In this document: in pieces, positions 39,470-51,817 of the stretch
Position numbering within the stretch: position 1 is the first letter of the stretch
Layout: every line of letters starts with the position of its first letter
Origin: Macrostomum hystrix
Taxonomy: Eukaryota > Animalia > Platyhelminthes
DNA: 64,000 bases
Reading direction: 5' to 3'
Assembly (NCBI GenBank): GCA_950097015.1
Contig: CATNEN010000031.1
Coordinates: forward strand, 620,001-684,000
Notes under the pieces: generated by a model
Told to the model about the DNA's origin: nothing
The model's database searches: none
Seen by the model: the letters and a program-made list of their open reading frames with translations, nothing else
Made by a program: the position numbers and the translations under genes

Positions 39470-40499
39470 ACTAAGCTGAGGGTTTAGTTGCTGCAGCATT
39501 CTGATGTAGGCCTTAATAAGTCAATATGCGATACTCAGGTTGTGCAGCCAGTAAAAATTAACGCTTACATAGAAGAAAATTAACTATTTTGCTGAGTTTG
39601 TACGTGTCAGATCTTAGGTATCCAAAGATTCCAAGTTAGACCTGTGCTATTCTTATTTCGTTAGGCTACAGAACTTCATTATCATTATAATATTAATATA
39701 AATTGCATTAGAATATGTTTACTCAATAAAATATTTCAAGCTTCAGGACACGGCTAAAAGGCTTCCCAGTGGGCTTAAATAAAACTTTAAGCAGAATACT
39801 ATATTTAGTAGAGCAATATAGGCCTAGACCAACGTACAATTTAAAAAATGATTTAACCTAGTTTCTATGAATAATAAGTTTGAAAACATTTTAAACATCA
39901 ACTTCACTTAAACACAAAAACTAAATTTGCGCGCATACGGCTATTGTAAATCTGATATTAAACTACAAAATTTCAAGACCCGAATATAAGGACTACTTAT
40001 TCTTCTTAATCATTCAGCTTCAATATTTTTTACTTTTTTTCGACATTAGTCTGTTTAGCTTTTGAAGTTAAGAAGTTAAGAAGTTAAACTGAATGTTCAG
40101 TTAAAGTCATTGTAAGCTACTCGAATGCACCCTATAAAAATGCTATAACAAAACATAAACTTCTGTTAGTGCGCTTTTTATCTCCGCTTTACTATTTAGT
40201 CAAAAGTCATTGTACAACGCTCAAACGTGCAGATAATGCGCCGATCTCTATGGTAAAATCATATAGTCAATCTATTAAAAAAGCGTGCTGATAATTAAAA
40301 AACGTGCAGATAATTTATGTCAATGGCAAAACTTTAACATGGTTTTTCAGTGTGTATATTTTAAGTAGCAATTTAACGAAACAACAGTACAGCAAAGAAC
40401 TGTATCATATCCGTCATTTTGGCAAATTAAAGGTGCACCCACTCACGTTTTCATGAAAGTTGAGTTTCAAGGTGACCTGCCGTGGCTCGGCATGGTTGC

Positions 40500-40910
40500 C
40501 GCTGTTAGCCACAGCGAGTTCTGCTGGCATAGACGCTGGCATATCAGTTCAATAGCTTGAAAATGCTTCGCGCGGCCGCCCTCGGAAATAAACTTCCAGC
40601 CATAGCCTTCAGAGTCGCGTTCGCAGCATAGAAGTCATCGCCCTCAATGATATTTAGTTGCCTGACCCGCATCAAGTAGCGGTAGATGGCCGCACGAATG
40701 CAGATTAGCAACGCTGGTGAATAAAATCCGCCGTCAGGCTTACGAGCCGTGCCGTAGAACAGTCGCAGCACACGGTTGACTTACTCCCGCTCAGCCGTCA
40801 GCAGATCAATTTTTAAGGACGGATTCGATTCCATGAATTCCAACAGCCTTTTGACGTACTGATCCGTCTGTCGTCTGGTATTGTTTCTGGAATTTCTGTG
40901 GCGCAAGAAA
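40500..40910 (-). mobile_element. Crypton-like tyrosine-recombinase relic A (N-terminal part; stop and frameshift)
   Basis: NNTRRQTDQYVKRLLEF...*VNRVLRLFYGTARKPDGGFYSPALLICIRAAIYRYL...NIIEGDDFYAANATL fits the Crypton/KCTD1-ZMYM (DUF3504-associated) N-terminal pattern. Confidence 0.7.
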
Positions 40911-41334
40911 TTCCCGCGTCCCCACTTCCGGCACTTCCTGCGCTGTATCACGGAGCAGTACCCGCTGTAGCTTCTGCGAAGCTTCTGCTGTAGCTTCTAC
41001 CCAAAGGACATTATTCTGACGTTTCTCAATGTTACCCGTTATCCTTGTTACGCCAGTTATCGTTTTTCGCGCGAATTTGAGTTTAATGAACGAAACCATA
41101 CTTATGCCGCTCCACCAGACGCTCGTCCATTTGCTTTTCCACAAACCGACCCTCTGTTTGCTGTTGAAGGAGAATGCAAATCTGTGATGATGACATTCCA
41201 GAAATGGCTTCTCCTGGCAGTTTCTTGTAGTCTAAATAGTAGACACGCTTAGCCTGTGGCTCCATGGCCATGTTGTAGATCGCGTGATTTCTGGGTTCTT
41301 CTTAAACTTCTGACGCTCTTAAAGATATGTATAA

Positions 41335-41467
41335 TCTTTCCCACTTATTTCGGCTGCCAAGGTGTAAAGGCTCGAGGCGCAAATTTATTGACCGAGGCGA
41401 AGCCGAGGTCAATGAAATTCGCGCCGAGTGCCTTTGCACCCTAGACAGCCGAAATAAGTGGGAGAGA
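41335..41467. repeat. 133-bp imperfect palindrome with central GGC-GAA-GCC hairpin (probable Crypton-type non-autonomous element)
   Basis: TCTTTCCCACTTATTTCGGCTG pairs with CAGCCGAAATAAGTGGGAGAGA (21/22); pairing continues inward to the centre CCGAGGCGAAGCCGAGG. Confidence 0.85.
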
Positions 41468-41470
41468 TGG

Positions 41471-42318
41471 TATGTATCCCCCACTTGGCTGCCGACTTTC
41501 ATTGCACTTTAAGTCTTCTGTTTCTTGCTACGCTCTGTCTGTAGTCTATGGTGAAAATCAAAATCCGAGAGGAGGGTAGACGCTAAAAAAGACAGCCTTT
41601 ATGCGAAAAAGACAGAACAGGACAGAATAGCAGACGCTTGTATATGTCTAGCCCTCGATTTGAAAGCTTGACTGAGGCCGAGGCGGAGGCCATGATTGGC
41701 GGCACGGTCCCTCCGAACACCGTAAAGAAATGCGAGTGGATGCTGTCTACTTTCAATGAATGGCACGCGTTTAAGAAGCAAGAATGGGCGACGAATGGTG
41801 GACCATCCATCATGGTTATCAAGGACATGGATGAGTTTGACAAGACGGACCTGAACTTTCTCCTGAAGTTGTTTATCCTGGAGGTCCGGACAAAACGGAA
41901 CGAACGGTACTCGGCTGGTACCCTGAAGGACTTCTTCTCAATGCTACAATACCAAATGCGCAACGTGCATCGCAAGGACTGGTGCCTCTGGACGAATGTC
42001 GAGTTTGCCGAGTGCAGAAGAGCGTTGGACGCTGCTATGAAGCTATCAACTGCTGAGGGCAAGGGCGTCGGGCTCAAGAAGTCTGACCCGGTGTCAAAGC
42101 CCATCGAAGATGACTGCTGGACGGAGGGTGTGTTTGGTTCCGAGCGTTCTCGTTTTGCACTTTCTTTGTTTATTTCCCCAGACGGGTGTGACTTATGTCT
42201 GTGGTAAAAGTTCTGTTTCGCGCGGGGGCGCGGGAAATAAATGATTTATTGCCCTAGGGCAAATAAACGAAACGCGTTACGACATATACAATGTTGGCGG
42301 GCAAGTGGGGGATACATA
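41471..42318 (+). mobile_element. Crypton-like element B: 26-bp TIRs, ORF 41638-42207 lacking the catalytic C-terminus
   Basis: ORF SPRFESL...PPNTVKKCEW...FNEW...LNFLLKLFILEVRTKRNERYSAGTL...EFAECRRALDAAMK...GKGVG...WTEGVFG. TIR TATGTATCCCCCACTTGGCTGCCGAC matches 42293-42318 at 23/26. Small palindrome at 42245-42267. Confidence 0.78.
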
Positions 42319-42652
42319 TAGATATATTCTCGCAAAGTGTGCAGATAACGGATGTCTATGGCCACGAGAGAGAATAATTTCGCGTTCGTACAATCCGTCT
42401 AACACTAACACTAACTTTCTACATGTAGTGCTGTAACAGCACTCGAAAGTTAGTGTCAATCCATCTTAGTGTTCTAAATAGTCCCGTTCGTTTGTCTATA
42501 ATTTTAACGCCGGTAACGGCCAGCTTAATCTCACTGCACTAGCCAAAGAAACAACTTAAACGCGTTGTTTCTGTGCAAGGCTAGATAAGTCAGGAGAGTT
42601 AGGTGCTGCAAGAGAGCAGGGGTCGGATTAAGGAGAATTATTTCTAAGCTCA

Positions 42653-43030
42653 CAACAACAACAACAACAACAAAGTACGCTGTCAGGTGGAAAAGGCAGC
42701 GTCACAGTGCACGCTTCAGAGCCTGGGCGCGAACAAAGGCCGCACCGCCGGCAGTGTCCGGGGCGCCAGCATCGGCCAGCAGGCAGTCGACGAAACGCCG
42801 AGTTCGGGCCTGGCCGCGCCGGTAGGGTGCCTGCAGCGTTAGCAGCAGCACCTCCTGCACCGGCTGCGGGCAGTAGGACTCGGCGCGGATGATGTGGCCT
42901 GCAAGCTGGAGTCGCCGAAGTCGCAGCAGTTCACTCGGACGGGCCAGGCCGGCGCGACGATAGAGTGCCGCGTTAGTGATCCGCTCGTCGCTGATCTTAA
43001 AGGCGGCACGCATATAGATACGAAGGCAAT
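42653..43030 (-). mobile_element. RTE-clade LINE 3' fragment with (TTG)n tail
   Basis: RITNAALYRRAGL..PSELLRLRRLQLAGHIIRAE; (CAA)7 at 42653-42673. Homologous to 45050-45411 in the opposite orientation. Confidence 0.85.
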
Positions 43031-43094
43031 CGAAAGGGAGTTTTTCAAACCTTGATTTTTATCATCGTATGAACATGGTATATATGATATATAT

Positions 43095-44535
43095 TGTAAG
43101 CAGCTTAGAGTTCGCGGCCCGCAGTGTACACTTCGGAGGGTAGAGCGTACACGCCTGCGTGCGTGCTTGCGTGGCGTGATTGGGGGGTACGCCCACCCCA
43201 GTGTTGCTGGCCAAATATAATAGTGCTAGCACGCGTTTTATGTGCGTGCCACCTGACAAACCAGCGTCTTACACTGGTGGCAGCGGTCTCAGCATGACTA
43301 AGCAAGAATCTTTACTGCCGCAAAAGTTCAGCAGCACCGGCAGTGACTCCAATGCCAGAATGTGGCTGAGCATGTTTGAAGACTTCGCCGATGACAGCGA
43401 CAGGGACGATAAGAAGGCGAAGAAGTTGAAGCTGCTGCTGTCTGGAGAGGAACAGATCTTTGTGTGGGAGCTTCCAGGCGAAAAGAAAGTGAGCTACAAG
43501 GAGCTGAAGGTGGAGCTCATCGGGCACTTCGGCAACAGCCTTAGCAGCTACCGGGCGATTGAGTAGTTTGAGGAGCGCAAACATCGGCCAAATGAGTCGT
43601 TGAGAGAGCTGGCGTACAATCTCAAGCTGCTGCACCTCCGGGCTCGGCCAGACGACTGACTCTGTGGACGCCAGGGAGAAGGACATGAAGTTCCGCTTGA
43701 TGCGCCTCCTCCCAGCAGCTGAAAGAGATATGCTGCTCAAAGACCAGGACGCGGACTCGATCCTGTCCGTTGACAGTCCTGATCGACAAAGGGGGGCTCG
43801 CATTGAGTTGGTGAGTCGCCAGTCATCAGCGACGTCAGCAGCGGTGACGGCGGAGGACAGTGGGATCAGCCGTCTGGAGCAGCAGGTTCAGCAGCTGGCT
43901 GCAGGTGTGCGAACGGGAGCCGCAGTCAAGGAAGGCCGTCAAAGGGCCATCAAGTGCTTCAGCTGCGGCGAAGTTGGCCACATCGCGAGGCGGTGCCCGA
44001 GAGCGGCAGGAGCCCGCTGACACCAGCTGCACAGCCGCTGGGAAACTGCTGAGGGTCGGCAGCCTGGGGCCAGCGCCGACCCCCTCTCAAGGGGCCCACA
44101 GATCAGCGTCGTCCATCTTTGTGCCAGTGCGGTTCGACAGGCACAGTTCGCCGGCCCTGCTGGACACGGGCGCGCAGATTTCGCTGATGGACAAGTCGCT
44201 GTACGACAAGCTTGACTGCCAGCTCGACTGCAGCGACATCAGCGTCATGCCGACCTCTGTCGACGGCTCTCGGCTGCGCTGCCTTGGCCTGACGACGGCG
44301 GAGGTTGCGATCGGCAGCGCGATTCGAGAGCGGCTCAGTTTTACCGTGGTGGACGCCATCCAGCCTAAACTGATCCTCAGCATGGACTTCATCGGCCGGG
44401 TGTCGCAGACGGTGACCATTGACATGAAGGAAGTCGTCGTCCGGTTCGACAGCGATACGGTGGCTTTCAGTAGCGAGCAGCCGCGGGCCAGTTGCCGCCT
44501 GGTACCAAGCACCATATGTTCTGGTGCTTGATACA
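43095..44535 (+). mobile_element. Ty3/Gypsy retrotransposon 5' part: LTR (43095-43273), PBS, gag, zinc knuckle, protease; truncated
   Basis: LTR TGTAAG...CTTACA; PBS TGGTGGCAGCGGT (43275-43287, complementary to a tRNA-Leu-type 3' end); gag from ATG 43294 with stops; CFSCGEVGHIARRC; LLDTGAQISL. Confidence 0.9.
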
Positions 44536-44539
44536 TGGG

Positions 44540-45411
44540 TTACTTACAAATGATCTCCCTACCGACGACGAGATTTCCTTCTGCGCCGACGCGTGGGTCG
44601 ACGTCAAATAGAAAGGCGGCTCAGCGTGCTTGGCTACGCTGACGACCTCGCCTTGCTGTCCTCGACCGCCAAGCACGCCAGTTCGACTAGCTGGTTGGCG
44701 TTGCAGCGAGCGTCGCGGCCTGGTAGCCAACACGAGGAAGACCGTGCTCTGCGTGCTGGGCAACATCAAAGACGTAATTTTCTGCCGAGGTGCTGACTGG
44801 TAGGCAACGGAGTTTCCGCGTTGTCAGCAGTTCATCTACCTTAGGTGGTCTGATAAGATCTGCTGCGTCGTCGCTGCGTCGTCGCTGCGTCGCGTCGCCG
44901 TCGTTCTGTGAGGGCGATCCTGCAGTCCGAGGCCCTACCTGATCACCAGAGGGCGGCACTTTTCCAGGCGGTGGTCGAGACCGTCCTGTACAATGCCGAG
45001 ACCTGGACGCTGACGGACTCGCTCGAACAGCAAGTACACGTGGCGCACGCCGTCTTTCTCGTAAGATCAGCGACGAGCGAGTTACTAACGCGGCACTCTA
45101 TCGCCGCGCCGGCCTGACTCGTCCAAGTGAATTTCTGCGCCGTCGGCGACTCCAGCTGGCTGGCCACATCATTCGCAACGAGTCTTACTGCCTACAGCCG
45201 GTGCAGGAGGTGCTGCTGCTCACGCTGCAGGCACCCTACTGGCGCGGCCAGGCCCGAACTCCGCGTTTCGTCAATTGCCTGCTGGCAGATGCTGGCGCCC
45301 GGACTCTGCCGGCGGCCTGCGGTCTTTGTTCACGCCCAGCTCTTAAGCGCGCCCTGTGACGCTGCATTTTATTTTCAGCCGGACAGCGTATTTTGTTGCT
45401 GTTGTTGTTGC
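44540..45411 (+). mobile_element. RTE-clade LINE 3' fragment, frameshifted
   Basis: RLSVLGYADDLALLSST, LFQAVVETVLYNAETWTLT and a TTG tail at ~45395-45411. Confidence 0.85.
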
Positions 45412-46109
45412 ATTTATATTTAGGTGGTCGATGGCAGAGCGGTTCGGTTAACGCGTTTATATACCTCTCGCGCCAGAGTCCCTAAGTTCGATTCCGCGGC
45501 GAGGCCACATTCATTTGTGAGTTCGCAGCGTGAGTTATCGAAGCTCCTCCTGCACCAAAGCTTCTTAGGAATTTGTCGGAGTTTGGACTCGATCAATAAA
45601 CTCATGGTCTCAAAAACAAAGATAATGGCAAAATTATTCAAATATGATTTTTGAGTTAAAAGAATACAGATTCTTACAAATGCGGCAGTAAGCCCACTCT
45701 AACCGTCTTTAGATGCTTGTGACTCGCCATGAAGTCTTACACAGACGTCGTCAGACGTTGCTAACTTCCTGATATATGCGACATACGCCGTAAAAGCAGC
45801 TATTAGAATGATAAGCAATGATTTATGTTTACATTATGTTTACATCGTAAAAAAGTAAAATGATATAATTTCTGGTACATTGTTCTGATTTTCCAGATAT
45901 TCTAGGAAGTCAGATCTAGAAGTAAGCCGAAACGAAAAATTATAATTCTATAACATTCCTAATAGCTAGGCCTGCCTTCAAATTCGCGCACAAAATGTCG
46001 TTTTTTAATACGCAAATTATTTTCTTATCGCAGTTGTTTTCATATGCAAATTATTTTACGGTTCTTTTAATGCGCAAAATAAGGTAAATATTTTGTTTAT
46101 AAATAAATA

Positions 46110-46933
46110 CGAGGGCTGTCCCAAAAGTAGTGTTACTTTTGATTATATCTTTTGTTCTGATGGTTCAAATAACGTGATTTGACACAGTCTTATAGCGGCA
46201 AGTCTCTTCTTTATATTAATTCAAATCTTTGAATCAGAAGAGCATCAATGCCGAGTGCTATATTGCTTCCCTTGAAAAATTGAAGTTCGAAATCTGGAAC
46301 AAGCGTCGGGTTGGAATCAAGCCCTTTCTTCTCCACCACGACAACGCCAGACCCCATACTGCACAGAAGACCTCCGAGGCTGTCAGCAGACTCAAGTTTA
46401 ATATTTTGCCTCATCCACCGTATTCGCCTGATCTGGCGCCAGCAGATTTCGCCTTATTTCCACTAATGAAGTCGCATCTGCGAGGTAAAGTTCATGAGAA
46501 CCGTGACAACCTTGAACAGGCAGTGCGGAATGTCCTGCTCCACAAAATTCCACGCGAGAGTTATGCCAACGCTATTGACGGTTTGTTCAGTCGGTGGCAA
46601 AAATGCCTTCAGCTCGGCGGTGACTACGTTGAGAAGTCAAGCATTCCCACCGACGAGTGAAGAGGAGCGTTTCAATTGCTACGAGAAAACTTCATATTCG
46701 CAACCACTCAACTGTTGGTCATTTTTGCTTGCTTGTTGATTTACTGTAAGTCTATGTTTGAGGTCCTGTTAGTTTTTCGTTGATAACTTCTATTTCCTTA
46801 GTCTGTTAGAAAAAAGATTTTAATTAATATAAAGAAGAGACTTGCCGCTATAAGACTGTGTAAAATCACGTTATTTGAACCATCAGAACAAAAGATATAA
46901 TCAAAAGTAACACTACTTTTGGGACAGCCCTCG
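46110..46933 (+). mobile_element. Internally deleted mariner with ~120-bp inverted ends and TA TSD
   Basis: TA|CGAGGGCTGTCCCAAAAGTAGTGTTACTTTT...GGGACAGCCCTCG|TA. ORF 46229-46660 holds only the C-terminal catalytic part: LLHHDNARPHTA and HPPYSPDLAPADFALF (D34D type). Confidence 0.92.
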
Positions 46934-47867
46934 TAGTTTATTTTAAGCCGCTGAATATTCTCTGATGAAATTATTCGTTTAAATACGTAAGATATTCCTA
47001 AATATTTTTGCGTATTCATAGAGTAAAGTTTTTTTAATTAAAATGCAAAGTTGTCTTACAAATAAAAACCTGCTACAATATAATATATATAATATACGAG
47101 TAATTTTACTGACCGAAAAGCAACCCGCCTGTGCAGCTATCGGCGTATTAAGAATATAAGCAATTCAAAACCATTGAATAAGAAGTGAAAGAATTATTTA
47201 TTTTTCTAAAGGGATAAGAACGTGGGAAAATATTGTGATGCAGTCAGAGAGACTGAAATAGCCTCTGAGAGTGAACAGTGCCCGAAAACCCGCTCGTGCC
47301 GAGTGAATTAACCTCTACCGCGAAATACAACCGCTAAGTTTATGAAATAAACATTATTGTGAAACTCATAAACCATAGAAATTGTTTATGAAATAATCGC
47401 TATCGCGAAATGGACATAAACTATATGTCTATGCAATAAACCCCCTTATTGGGAAGAATTACACAAGGCTTAGAGCTGATTGTGAATAGAAACGATGGGA
47501 GTTTTATCACAGTGATCTAATTTATAACTTACAGGCTTATTGTAGTACAGCAGTAGAAATTTATAGGGACCTAGACCGACGAATTTAGTGACAATGATTA
47601 AGAGAAGGAAGCCCTACAACAACTTTAGTGGCAGTTGTGGAATAATGAGTTAATATCGAAGTCAGAACGGAGAAGCCCTAGTACAGTTTAAGTATTTAAG
47701 GTATATTAAATTAGCGACACCGTTAAGAATAAATATGTAGCAAGCCGATCGATCGATAAGTGCAGAATTAAATAGCGTTTATTTTGTTATTAAAAAGTTT
47801 TTTCAATAACAACTTCAATCATCCAAGGTTCATGTTCTAAGCATTTGCTGAGATTTCTCTTCATGCC

Positions 47868-49043
47868 TTAGCGTTTACGATGCCTGTCATCTACTCTGCC
47901 GTTCCGCCGACCGACTTGACCTACTCCCTGGCCATCACTGTGTGGGATAGTACTGCTTCGGCTCTGCTGCTGGTCCATCCGAAAGGCAATCTTCATGATG
48001 GCATAATAGCACAGCCGGTTGCACCTCTCATCGTTGCTTCCGCAGTCAGCCTCACATTCTGCCGGCACGCTTCCAATCTGCATCATCAGTGCCAACTTCA
48101 TCATGGGCAGGCTTTTCTGGATGTCAGAGTAGGCTACTGAGTTCCCAGGCGGGCAGTTAACGTTGTCGACAACGCACGGCCGCACAAACATGTCCATCTG
48201 ATCATCAGTCAGCGCAGGATGCTGAGCAATCTGCGCAATAGAGTAACATATTAAGCGACACAATGAATATGGTCATACGACTCCAGATGCTAAGAAATGG
48301 GATGTTTTATCAACTGTAGTGCTAGTAGCATTACTTGATCTGTTGCATGGACGGTGTCATATTTTCTTCTAAGATTATTTAACTTTTCCATACATATCGA
48401 CAACTTGCTTTTCAAGTCGAACGACACTTTCTTCAGGACATACAAGCAAAAATGGCGAAAACGGCCAAATGCGTAATTAGAAACTTAAATTATTTTTCTA
48501 TTAAACTCATTGGCGTTGTGAAAAATGAGTTGCTGATTTAACTGCATTCAATATTTGCCAGTGGAAAAAATTAGACGAGTATTTCATTTGGAAAGGTAAA
48601 AAAGGACTTCGTAGCTCGTAAATCTAGGTTGTGGTAGAGACCGTGGGTTGTTAAAATGTTTTTTGTCAAAAAATCGGGGCGAACCTTTTTCATGTGGCTA
48701 TTATTACAAATTGTAATACCCTATATCGTATCTTATGCGACCATAAGATCTCATTCTCGTGAATTGCTTTCTGAATTGGCAAATTTGCCTAATTGCACCT
48801 AGGTCTTGGTGTAGACGAGGTTTACCCAAGGTTAATCACCATGACTTGCGCTGTAGGCGACAGATCTATCATTTTAGTATAGCTTATACCACCCCGTAAC
48901 CTGCGATAAAGTGGGTGACTGCTCAAATGGCTCTTCAAATGTACGAGTACTCTCAAGAAAATACTCGTATCAAGTAAAGACAGACGGTTTGAAATACTTA
49001 CGCCAGCCACCGCCAGCAGTAGAATTCCGAAAATGAACTTCAT
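47868..49043 (-). CDS. Orphan secreted cysteine-rich protein, 134 aa; exons 49043-49002 and 48230-47868
   Basis: MKFIFGILLLAVAG ends at donor GTAAGT; acceptor GCGCAG|ATT is phase 0. Signal-peptide-like start, six Cys, C-terminal GRR and RKR. Confidence 0.7.
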
Positions 49044-49929
49044 TGCAAATTAAACAATTCTCAGCTGATCTCAGCAGCAGCAATATAGCAAAACTCAAGC
49101 GTTTTGCTCCCAACTGGGACCAAATTTATTTCAGAATCAACTTCCTCCAATTATCTTGAACGAATCTGACACAAATTTGGGATCAACGGAGCCCTCGTTG
49201 AGCATGCTCCACGGAACCATGGCTTTGAATTCAGCTTTAACTGTTGATGACAGTTGATGACTGCTATAACGAGGCCATCCAATTATCCCATTCGAATGTT
49301 TAATCGAAAGTTATCTCAAAAACCTATGTAGAGTGAAAGAGTGCAGCTGCTAATGACGTCCTGGTGCACAAAACAATTTTTGAACAGCTAGAAGTCAAAC
49401 TGGACGCCATTTACGTATTCAATAGAAACATTATTACTTAATTATTATTAATATTTAATACACTAAATAGGGCAGAAAAATTATGCCCCCAAACAGATGA
49501 CTGAGCCAAGACCAAAAATTTTACAACTAATAACTTCATCTCTACAGCCGCTCTTTTTCGGTTAACTCGTGAGTTATTTCGAAACATCGATTATCATACA
49601 AATTCTTCACATTCATAACGGCTCATTAGAATCGAAAATTTACAAACTTGGACTTGTACTACGACTCCATGTCTTGTTTAGTTTATATAAAAATAGTATA
49701 TAGTTAATAAAAAAGGCTATACGCCTATTAACACTAGAACTACCAGGGGATTCCTAAATGGCGAGCTTTACTGCAGCATATTGCGCGTCTTGAAAGGTCT
49801 CCACCAGTGTCTTCTACTTCTTACTAGAATGTCCACTCATCTCGGTCTGCAAAGAGTCCTGACTCCATCATCGCTGACTGGAGTTCGTAGCCCTGGGGCG
49901 CAGCGCATCTCCCAAGGAAGGTTTTTACA

Positions 49930-50260
49930 TCTGCTGCATCGATGGCCTGAAGATGCGCCTGTTTCGCATTGCCGTAGAGCCAATCCTCCTGACGGACTGG
50001 AGTTCTCGAGCCCTGGATGCTGCCTACCGATTGCTGCTGCGGTTCGCCCTTGGCATCCACCACCCAGAGCGGCTGCTGACGGATCTGCTGATGGCACGAG
50101 CTATAGTAATGGCGCCGGCTGATGCTTGTCGGCCACTGCCTCGCAGCTGCGGCTGAGGAGAGAAAAAAACCGCTAGCGCTCGCCGACTGAGCGTCTGCGA
50201 CGGGACCAGGGCCGGACCATCAAGCTGACCGCCACGCTGGAGTCTGACCTGCAAGATATT
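49930..50260 (+). mobile_element. Degenerate RTE-like LINE 3' relic
   Basis: LKMRLFRIAVEPILL.DW...LDAAYRLLLRFALGIHHPERL resembles the RTE C-terminal region seen at 44950-45100. Confidence 0.55.
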
Positions 50261-51817
50261 AAACTGATCCCACAATCTGCCACAAACACTCCCTCTCGTC
50301 TCTTCTGCAAGCGCGTGCGCGCAAATTGCCTATCCTAACCTTTGGGTCTTAATATGTATAATATATGGGTACTTTCCGCACTTTATGATCTGCAGTCCTT
50401 TGTGTAGCATCAATGTCAATTTTCGATCGTGTTTGCTTCTTGTCACTTCTTTATTGTAATTACACAGCCTCTTAAATGTTATATAAAATATCTAGTTTAT
50501 AAGGCTATGTGAGCTTTCTTTTTTTTCGCACAGTTATGCTATGTTTTCTAGAAACTTCTATCTGAATGACTATGGCGAGTTCACTAAAAGTACATTTGTG
50601 ACGGCCTGTTCTGGGCAGCTACTCATATTATGCCTCAATCGCACCACATTGGAGGGTCCACGGGGTTCCTCTCTTGACCCCATTTGTGGCCTCCCAATGC
50701 CTTTCGTCCTCAGTCCAGAGTAGCACACATTGGGTGAGAGTTTGCCCGCTGCACTGCGCTGCTCCCTGCTGAGCGGGGTGGGCGGCAAGTACGCGACGTG
50801 ATCACGAGTGCACGGGTTAGGCAGCGCGTGCTCACGAGAGACCGACCGGAAAAATTTCTGATATCCTTTTACACAGAATTTGAGAACTGTCGAGCGTAGA
50901 ACAAGGCAGGAAATATCTCTTAATTATTGAATTTAGTCGCCAGAAAGACTCAAATGTTTGTAAAATGTTCCACAAATGATAGCCATTATATTATGTTGCT
51001 AAACTTACAGTTGTCAATCACTGATGAAAATTGTGAACACAGGATCGAGTGTGTTTTCAACGGCCATCAATTTTTGAACGGCTGTGTGATTAGAACTGAG
51101 AGGTAAAATTTTCAAGTATATTTAGGACGTTAGCCAATCTTGTAATAGTGTTACTTTTTGGCCGTTTAAGAACATTTTTAAGCATTACCACTTGTTATTA
51201 GAGTTTCGGGCGATGTTTCTCTTCCCTCCTCCTCTTTCGCTATTTGCTGAATGATCTCTGCGCCTAACCTTCTCCCTACTCAACCCGCTATAACCCACAT
51301 ATCCTGGGATTCGTGTCAGCTGCATATATGCTCCCACCGATAAGCTGTTCCCGTGCCTATCTATTTTCTGAAGGCCAGTCAAATATGCCTCGAATGGAAT
51401 TTTTCGTTTTCCCATTAACAGCCGTAAGCTCGGCGGCCAATTATGAGCGAATGTGACTGCGTTCGAAATTTTACCAGGTAAATTTATTAGGTCAAAACGA
51501 GGCCCAGGAACTATAAAGTTTTGTTGATCATTAATACAGAGTCTTTCGCAAAGTAAGCGCGTGAAGGAAGGTTTACGTGAACATTCCCTGACCGTGTGTA
51601 TATCAGATTTAAGTTTGGAATTTTGGCGTTCTGGAAATTTCCCTAAGTTTTCGAGCAAAGCTCCCCGCATTTTCCGAAACGGTGCCTAAGAGAATAAATG
51701 CAGCCTGGGGGCGCTGGGGTGAGAGCCGAGCTTGGAGAGTCGAAATTTCACTGCCAACTCCAACTCCTCTTCCACAGAGCCAAACAGATTTTGCTCATTC
51801 TAGTGCCAAAGACATTG

